32,959 nt of DNA from Candidatus Bathyarchaeota archaeon (GTDB lineage: Archaea; Thermoproteota; Bathyarchaeia; 40CM-2-53-6), in NCBI GenBank assembly GCA_963706285.1, contig CAVPLU010000015.1, positions 1 to 32,959 of the forward strand, read 5' to 3'. Positions 26,841 to 32,959 of this stretch are shown piece after piece. Positions within the stretch are counted from its first letter, which is position 1, and the number at the start of each line of letters is the position of its first letter. Made by a program: the position numbers and the translations under genes. The notes beneath the pieces were generated by a model. It saw nothing but the letters and a program-made list of their open reading frames with translations. It did no database searches and had not been told where the DNA came from.

Positions 26841-28729
26841 TTGTGGATGGCCTCTTCAATGCGCAGGTGTCTTCCAATCTTAGTAGTCTTCATTCTTGCA
26901 CTTCCATTCTCGGTTGTCACTGCATGCTATGCATCGGTGACAAATCCCTACGCGCCCCTGTCCACTCCTGTTAACCACTCAATGACGGTAAGAGTAAGCA
27001 TAATCGGGATTTCTGATATTGACCTGAATCAGCTTCTCTGGAATCTGGAGCCTGAGATTCGACCCAGCATTCAAACAAATCATAGCCCTCAGGGATTCTC
27101 CCCTCTGAATTGGGGCACAAGCTTCACGATGAAATATGACATAAATTCGGTTTCGACATCAGCTGCCTCTAACCTGAAGAGTTATCTCAAATCCATCGCG
27201 AAGACCGAGACAGTTCCAGACTACCTCCAAGGATCTCAACCAGACTCGAACCGTTACACAACGCTGGACGCCTTGAAGACTGAGGATTGGCTGAATACTC
27301 ACATATCCGACTTTGGTGGAATCCCAGACGACGGATATCTTCTCATAGTGGCTGACCTCTCAGACATCTCCAACCTTTACCATTACTACAGCATATCATA
27401 CAACGACCTTGACAAGGCATCCTCACAAGCGACGAATGCCGGTGATCCAACACTTTTTCCAATCGTCGATTGGATGTTCTCTTGGGGCGGCCATCACAGG
27501 TTCTACTTCATAGATCTCTCAGGAGGAGATCCTGATTTTGACTATACACAGACAGGGCATGTTCCGATTCAGGATTTTGATGTGAGAACCATCTCGAATC
27601 AACAAGTGAGGTTCAGCAAGAATGGTCAGACTGTGACTGAGTATGTGGCAGACTACATTGCGGAGGCAACAAGAAACCTCTTCCTCCCAGACTACGCGTA
27701 CGCACCAACCTATGCTACCTCCTATAGGATCGTAGTGAACTTGTTCGATGAGACGGGTCAGATTTCTGATACTAACGTGGGTAATTATCTTTCAACATCT
27801 ATGATGAAGCAGGCATACGAGGCTTTCATTCCTTACGCCAGCTGGGATGTTTCGGTCACCACGCATCAGCTTCGAGATGATGCTGGATTAGCGAAGGCTG
27901 TCTCCGACAGCCTAGCATTTACACGCAGTACGGGATCTAGGGGCGCGACCTCCAGCATAGACTACTACGACTACAGGCAAGTCTACTTCTACCTGCAATC
28001 TCACATGGGACAGTACGTGGATGCGAAGGGTGACACGATCGTTCTGCCAATCTTCGAGTTTGTCTTCAAGAATGGGGCACGTTTCGAGCAATCAATCGAA
28101 GAGAGTATTGGCTCATCTTCGAGGAACATCGAATTCGCCAGTTGGATCGTTCGCGGGAATAAGCCTAGGCGACTTATCCATAGTGGGCTCTAAATGACAT
28201 CAATCTCTTTGACAATGGAGTGGAATTGACACATGATACGATTCACGAAGTGGGACACTCAATGGGTTGTATGCACCCGCACAGCTTCGGGCAGACAGAG
28301 GATTTCGTATCTTCAGTAATGGCTTACGCCCCGTACGAGTATGCGTTCAGCCAGTTTGATACTGATGCGGTGCAGAGAGCTCACGTAGATCGCTTACTAC
28401 TGCAAGCACAGGACGCTGCTCGCCAGCAGGCTGCGTTGGCTAGCTACTCTAAGAAGGATTACGTTCAAGCGATCAAGATCCTGCAAGGCGTATCTCAAGG
28501 CGTCACAGCATCCACAACACAGACTCAAACACAGACAATGCAGACCCAGACGCAGGCTCCACCTTCCGAATGGCTCCTCGTGGCCGGATTTGGTGTTGGA
28601 ATCGCCGTCGGAATCATCATAGGAGGCGCGTTAGCGGTAGTTCTGATTCGCCGAAGAAAAACACCCCCAATCCCGAGCCTCCCTGCGCCGCCGCCCATCC
28701 CCGAGCCTCCACCGAATCAACCGGTTTAG
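26841..28729 (+). CDS. Secreted, C-terminally anchored zinc metalloprotease (metzincin-like); frameshifts near 28135 and 28192
   Basis: Signal peptide; bridging frames PVGSFAGISLGDLSIVGS / NDINLFDNG; HEVGHSMGCMHPH (HExxHxxGxxH); SSVMAY Met-turn; T/Q linker, TM helix, RRRK and Pro-rich tail. Confidence 0.8.
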
Positions 28730-28808
28730 TGGACGAATAGATGCGAAATGTTTCCCTTACGATTCTCCTCACACCAAGACCCAGACTCTGCAATCTGACA
28801 GATACGAT

Positions 28809-29735
28809 TTATTGAGCGCCAGACGAAGACCGAGTAGTCTTTGATGATATTTCTGACCAGTTCGTGATCAGAGCGCCAACGATTATCGTGCATCCCCCTA
28901 CTATCGTGGTAGCGGTTGGAACAGTCCCGAAGATCAACGCCTCTCCGATGAAGGCGACGAGAGGCTCAAGATACAGCCATACCGCAACTTTGACCGCATC
29001 AACCGTCGACAAAGAGTAGTTCCATAGCAGGTAGCCCACACAAGAGCAGCCTACAGCGAGATAGAATATGCTGAACCATTGCCCGGGCTGCAAAAACCCT
29101 ACTGAACCCCAATCCGATGAAACCGACATTGGGATCAACAGTAATGTTCCAAGAACCATTACGTAGGAAGTAGTGAGAAGCGGTTTGCCAGTTTCCTTCA
29201 TGAGTCGCCTACTCAAGGTTGAGTACAGCGCCCAGCAGACTGCATCTAGCGCGAGACAGAGGACGCCTACATAGAAGAGCCAGTCAATCTTCTCTAAGAA
29301 TAGTCCTGGCGCCGCAACCAGCGCCACGCCAAGGAGCCCAAGGAGAGTCCCAAACACCCGCCAAATTCCATATTCTTCCTTGAGGAAGAATGCCGACGAC
29401 ACTCCTGTAAGAACAGGTATCAAACCTACGACGAGAAGAGCAGAGATACCCGCGCCAGCATATTTGACGCCGGTGTACTGAAGCACGAAATAGATCGAAA
29501 TACTTAGGAAACCGAGAAACGCAAGCTCGACCAACTTGCCGGGTTCAGGATAGTTCCGGCGGTGGTACTCGACGACAATGACGGGAGCGAAGATCAATGA
29601 GGCAATCCCGAATCGGACGGTCGCCAAGATTACTGGTGATAGAGTAGAGAGAACGATTCGCGCTGCCACGAATGAGAAACCCCACATAACCGCCGTTAGG
29701 ATCGCAGCGACTATGCCATAGGAAGAAGTCCGCAG
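28809..29735 (-). CDS. EamA/DMT family transporter
   Basis: WGFSF...RF, GLLGVALV, WALYS and YLEPLVA. The frame extends upstream of 29687 through a hydrophobic TM1 (RTSSYGIVAAILTAV) to CTG 29735. Confidence 0.92.
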   Translation of the reverse strand: MRTSSYGIVAAILTAVMWGFSFVAARIVLSTLSPVILATVRFGIASLIFAPVIVVEYHRRNYPEPGKLVELAFLGFLSISIYFVLQYTGVKYAGAGISALLVVGLIPVLTGVSSAFFLKEEYGIWRVFGTLLGLLGVALVAAPGLFLEKIDWLFYVGVLCLALDAVCWALYSTLSRRLMKETGKPLLTTSYVMVLGTLLLIPMSVSSDWGSVGFLQPGQWFSIFYLAVGCSCVGYLLWNYSLSTVDAVKVAVWLYLEPLVAFIGEALIFGTVPTATTIVGGCTIIVGALITNWSEISSKTTRSSSGAQ

Positions 29736-29970
29736 AACACGTCACCACTCATATGACACGCGGATACAGGTGACGTTATTGCTGATCTGTTTTGGCATTT
29801 TGTGACAGATCACGTCTCACGGAAGACGTGGTGAGATAAGGCGCATATTGTAGAGCTTATCTCGTCTTCTCCGCATCATACAACTACTTGAGAATTGAAG
29901 CGAGACGGTTTCTGTAGTACGATACCTTGCGGTGTCCGCGTTTCCAGGATTCCGTAGAGAATTCAGGGGC

Positions 29971-30288
29971 TCAAGGAGGGGGAGTTATCTTGATCGCTTG
30001 CACTGGGCATTGAACTTCGCATGCCATGCATTGAATGCAGTCCTTCTCTCTAGCAGGGTCTGACTTCTTCACAGAAGTAGGATGACCCGGACTGTCAATC
30101 ATCTCAAATACAGTTGTAGGGCAAACGCTCACACAGATCTCATCGCCATCGCATACGTCTTGATCTACTGCAACATTTGTTCCGTGGATTCCACGCTTCG
30201 TGGGAAGGCTGGTCTCACCCCAAATCTTGTGACCATTGTGATCTCCACTAGCCTTCATCTTACTTTGGAATTCAGGATCTATTGGCAT
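29971..30288 (-). CDS. zfx: Zinc-containing 7Fe-type dicluster ferredoxin
   Basis: PIDP...HNGH...GIHG N-terminal extension (three His) plus KSDP Asp, as in Sulfolobus/Thermoplasma zinc ferredoxins; CxxDxxCxxxCP and CxxCxxCxxxCP. Confidence 0.93.
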   Translation of the reverse strand: MPIDPEFQSKMKASGDHNGHKIWGETSLPTKRGIHGTNVAVDQDVCDGDEICVSVCPTTVFEMIDSPGHPTSVKKSDPAREKDCIQCMACEVQCPVQAIKITPPP

Positions 30289-30609
30289 GGCTTGTGATCT
30301 CGGGCCCTTAGTTCGACCGGCATTGGTACTAGAACTTTTCTACTCAAGGATATAGGACGGAATGAGAGGCGCTCCATGATATCCCTTCTATTCGTGTTGG
30401 TTGATCTTGTGCATCATGCTTGACACTCACCACATACAAGCTGAGAGATCAAAGCGGCAAAACTCCCTTAGAGTGACATGCCTGATCTGGGAATCATGCC
30501 GGAGTGAGATTGCGAAAGTGACAGCTTCCCAATCAATCCGGCGTTTAAGACGTGCACTCCATGGCTTATATGTCAACAGAGGCATACGTGCTCTACAAAG
30601 TGATGGTTC

Positions 30610-30996
30610 ATGGTGCATGAAGAACCGGTCTGGAAACGAGCAGTACTAGATTTGTCAGCCATCCTATTCTTGATAGGCGGCATTATCGGTCTGGTGAGCG
30701 TCATTATGATGATCCCGATCTCTACAGTGTATCCGTTCATGCTGACCGCAGGCATCGGTTTCATCCTGATTGTTGTGCTAGTTGTGGGCGTCATCTGCGC
30801 CGTTGAGGCTCTTGAGTGCTACAGTTTCGCCTCGAAACGAATGTCAATGAAAGCAGGAACGCGTGGAATTGTGATCGGCGCAATTCTTCTTGTCGTAGGA
30901 CTCCTTAGCGGATCAGATTTGAAGACTCAGATTCTTATCGGTAGTGCAATCCTGATCCTTGTCGCAGGCGCGATAAACTACGTCTATCGCGAATGA
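30610..30996 (+). CDS. Hypothetical 4-TM membrane protein
   Basis: 128 aa with four hydrophobic segments. Confidence 0.7.
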   Translation: MVHEEPVWKRAVLDLSAILFLIGGIIGLVSVIMMIPISTVYPFMLTAGIGFILIVVLVVGVICAVEALECYSFASKRMSMKAGTRGIVIGAILLVVGLLSGSDLKTQILIGSAILILVAGAINYVYRE

Positions 30997-31097
30997 CTCA
31001 CTCGATCGATCTCGTCCGTGGTCCTAGGTCTCGGGAGCAGTCACTAGCGCCGTCTGCTTGAGCCAAACGCTTCCGTGACTGCCGAGTTACCGAACTA

Positions 31098-32420
31098 TCA
31101 TTGTCGGATCTTGATGTATTCATAGGCTGAAGGTGCAGTCTCGAAGGCGTAGTGCACTTTCTGGAAGTCTCTGCGGAATGCTGACACATCGGCTTTGATT
31201 TTTTCGGGAGACTCCTTGTCGATAACCACGCGTTTGATGAATTCAGCTATCTCCGCCATCTGTGACCGTTTCATTCCGAGGCGGGTAATCTCAGAGACTC
31301 CAAGCCGTATCCCACCTGGATTGTGATAGTGGCGTCCGGCTTGAATGTCGCCTGGGAGTAGTTGTCGATTCACGATGATGTTCGCTTTCTCTAGGGTTTT
31401 TTCGATGTCTCCTCCGAGGCCGTACTTGGTCGTGTCAACCGCGATCTGATGCGACTTTGTGAACCCTTTACTCTCAGCAAGCGTGTTTAATCCGCATTCG
31501 TACAGTGCCTGCCCGAGCGCCTGAGCATTTGCAACTATCTCGGACGAATATTCGCGACCAAATTCAAGCATCTCCGCAAACGCGATGGCTTTCCCAGCGA
31601 CTGTGTGGAGGTGATGGTTGCTCGTGTTCGATGGGAAAGTCGCCGTCTTGATCTGCTCTGCATATTTCTCGAACGAGACGACAGCGCCGCCTTGAGGGCC
31701 GAAGAGCGTCTTGTGCGTACTCATCATCATCACATCCACGCCTTCGCGGAGCGGATCCTGAAATTGTCCGCCAGCTATGAGACCTGAAACGTGTGCAGCA
31801 TCATACGCAATGTTCGTGCCAATTCCGTGGAAGTACTCGGCCAGTTCCTTGACAGGGTGGGGAAACAGGAAGAGGCTTCCGCCGAATGTTGCGAGCTTCG
31901 GACGCTTACCGTCCTTGCTCAACTTCTCGACCTTGTCCTTAGTCTTGTCTACGTCGATGTTCATCTCGTTGCGGTCGAAGACGAAGTATTCCACATCGAG
32001 GCCGTGGACGCTGCCGGCGGTTCCGTTGAAGTCCTTCTTTGCCATGGAAATGTGGCCGCCGCTCGGAATCGCCAGAGCCATCATAACGTCTCCCGGCTTA
32101 GTGAAGGCCGTGTAGGTGACGAGGTTCGCGCAAACGCCAGACACTGGGCGGACATCTACAAATTCGGCACGAAAGAGTTGCTTCGCCAAGTCTATGCAGA
32201 TCTGTTCCACTTGATCGATGTACGTGCATCCTGCGTAGACGCGCTCGCCAACCCATCCTTCCGCGTAACGGTTGCCAAAATCGGAAACAATTGCTTCACG
32301 GACCGCTGGGCTCGGAACATTCTCAGACGCGATGAGCGGAATGCTCTCAGAGAACCAACTATGATGCTGCTTGAGCAGCTCGAACACCTTATCATATGAG
32401 CCCTTAACTGAACTCAACAC
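31098..32420 (-). CDS. glyA: Serine hydroxymethyltransferase (archaeal type)
   Basis: LIASEN, RYAEG, GGHIS, DAAH, STHKT (PLP Lys) and GIRLG; start probably GTG/TTG at 32420/32417. Confidence 0.97.
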   Translation of the reverse strand: MLSSVKGSYDKVFELLKQHHSWFSESIPLIASENVPSPAVREAIVSDFGNRYAEGWVGERVYAGCTYIDQVEQICIDLAKQLFRAEFVDVRPVSGVCANLVTYTAFTKPGDVMMALAIPSGGHISMAKKDFNGTAGSVHGLDVEYFVFDRNEMNIDVDKTKDKVEKLSKDGKRPKLATFGGSLFLFPHPVKELAEYFHGIGTNIAYDAAHVSGLIAGGQFQDPLREGVDVMMMSTHKTLFGPQGGAVVSFEKYAEQIKTATFPSNTSNHHLHTVAGKAIAFAEMLEFGREYSSEIVANAQALGQALYECGLNTLAESKGFTKSHQIAVDTTKYGLGGDIEKTLEKANIIVNRQLLPGDIQAGRHYHNPGGIRLGVSEITRLGMKRSQMAEIAEFIKRVVIDKESPEKIKADVSAFRRDFQKVHYAFETAPSAYEYIKIRQ

Positions 32421-32513
32421 TACTTCCCCTAGTGCTAGAATGCATGGGAGTGAACTAATCACTCTTTAGATAGCCTGCGTAGCACTGCTGGAACGTTAGG
32501 GGGTTGTCTTGGA

Positions 32514-32959
32514 GTGCCCAAACGTCGACAGAGTCGAAGGCAGAAGACAGGCAGATCTACTAAAGACAAGGCAAAGGCGAGGAAGTACTTTGCCGCTGTG
32601 GCGAACCGCTGGGACAAGATGCGCGAAGACTTCTTCGATGAGACCGTAGCCGACTCGATACTGAAAGCCTCGGATGTGAAGCCAGGAAATACCATAGTTG
32701 ATGTGGGCTGTGGAACCGGCTTCCTGACCCGGCGGGCTGCTCTGCAGACACAAGGCAAGGGAAGGATAATCGGCGTGGATCTCTCCCCCTCAATGCTAGA
32801 AAAGGCGAGAGACAACTTAGCCGAACTTTCACTACTCGATGCTGTAGAGCTACGATCCGGTGATGCAGAAAATATCCCCGTTGAGGACGGTTTTGCCGAC
32901 GCAGTTGTGGGCAATATGATTCTCCATCATTGTCCGAGACCGAAACGAGCGATCTCTGA
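32514..32959 (+). CDS. Class I SAM-dependent methyltransferase, truncated by the window end
   Basis: Manual translation ...YFAAVANRWDKMREDFF...IVDVGCGTG...GVDLSPSML...GDAENIP...NMILHH; no stop codon before 32959. Confidence 0.92.
   Translation, partial: MPKRRQSRRQKTGRSTKDKAKARKYFAAVANRWDKMREDFFDETVADSILKASDVKPGNTIVDVGCGTGFLTRRAALQTQGKGRIIGVDLSPSMLEKARDNLAELSLLDAVELRSGDAENIPVEDGFADAVVGNMILHHCPRPKRAIS

Noticed and set aside
28513-28556. ACACAG-like short repeats
   Set aside because: They encode the T/Q linker of the protease and are not a CRISPR or DNA-level repeat.
30401-30649. 82-aa ORF between zfx and the 4-TM gene
   Set aside because: No motif, overlaps a better ORF, and lies in a divergent promoter region.
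32459-32914. 151-aa minus-strand ORF
   Set aside because: Antisense shadow of the plus-strand methyltransferase. The same applies to most short antisense ORFs in the track.
1-32959. CRISPR arrays, tRNA/rRNA genes, IS elements, integrases
   Set aside because: By eye I found no regularly spaced repeats, T-loop/cloverleaf signatures, terminal inverted repeats or transposase/recombinase motifs. A covariance-model scan would be needed to exclude small RNAs.

Overview
Archaeal chromosomal DNA, probably Bathyarchaeia or a related TACK lineage. This is inferred from the Sec61beta sequence style, a Sulfolobus-type zinc ferredoxin, archaeal SHMT, the NurA/HerA/Mre11/Rad50 set and frequent TTG starts. 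The left part carries a winged-helix/VIT1-CCC1 fusion gene, a DedA protein, an HhH-glycosylase-like gene and, divergent from it, a nurA-herA-mre11-rad50 operon with non-canonical motifs. The middle holds redox and stress genes: a Tat-exported sulfite-oxidase-family molybdoenzyme with a small His-bearing membrane partner, a nitroreductase, an Fno-like reductase, an ABC-2 exporter, a membrane-anchored Cu/Zn SOD, a protein phosphatase, LipA, a 7TM plus wHTH pair and a CoA-transferase III. The right part has a patch of gene remnants and zinc-finger microproteins, an Sm-like plus beta-CASP pair, Sec61beta, a membrane-anchored metzincin-like protease, EamA, zinc ferredoxin, glyA and a methyltransferase cut by the window end. 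Roughly 15 single-base frameshifts split otherwise intact genes and are most simply read as sequencing or consensus errors. I saw no rRNA, tRNA, CRISPR array or transposase. All family calls come from motif recognition by eye, with no database searches.
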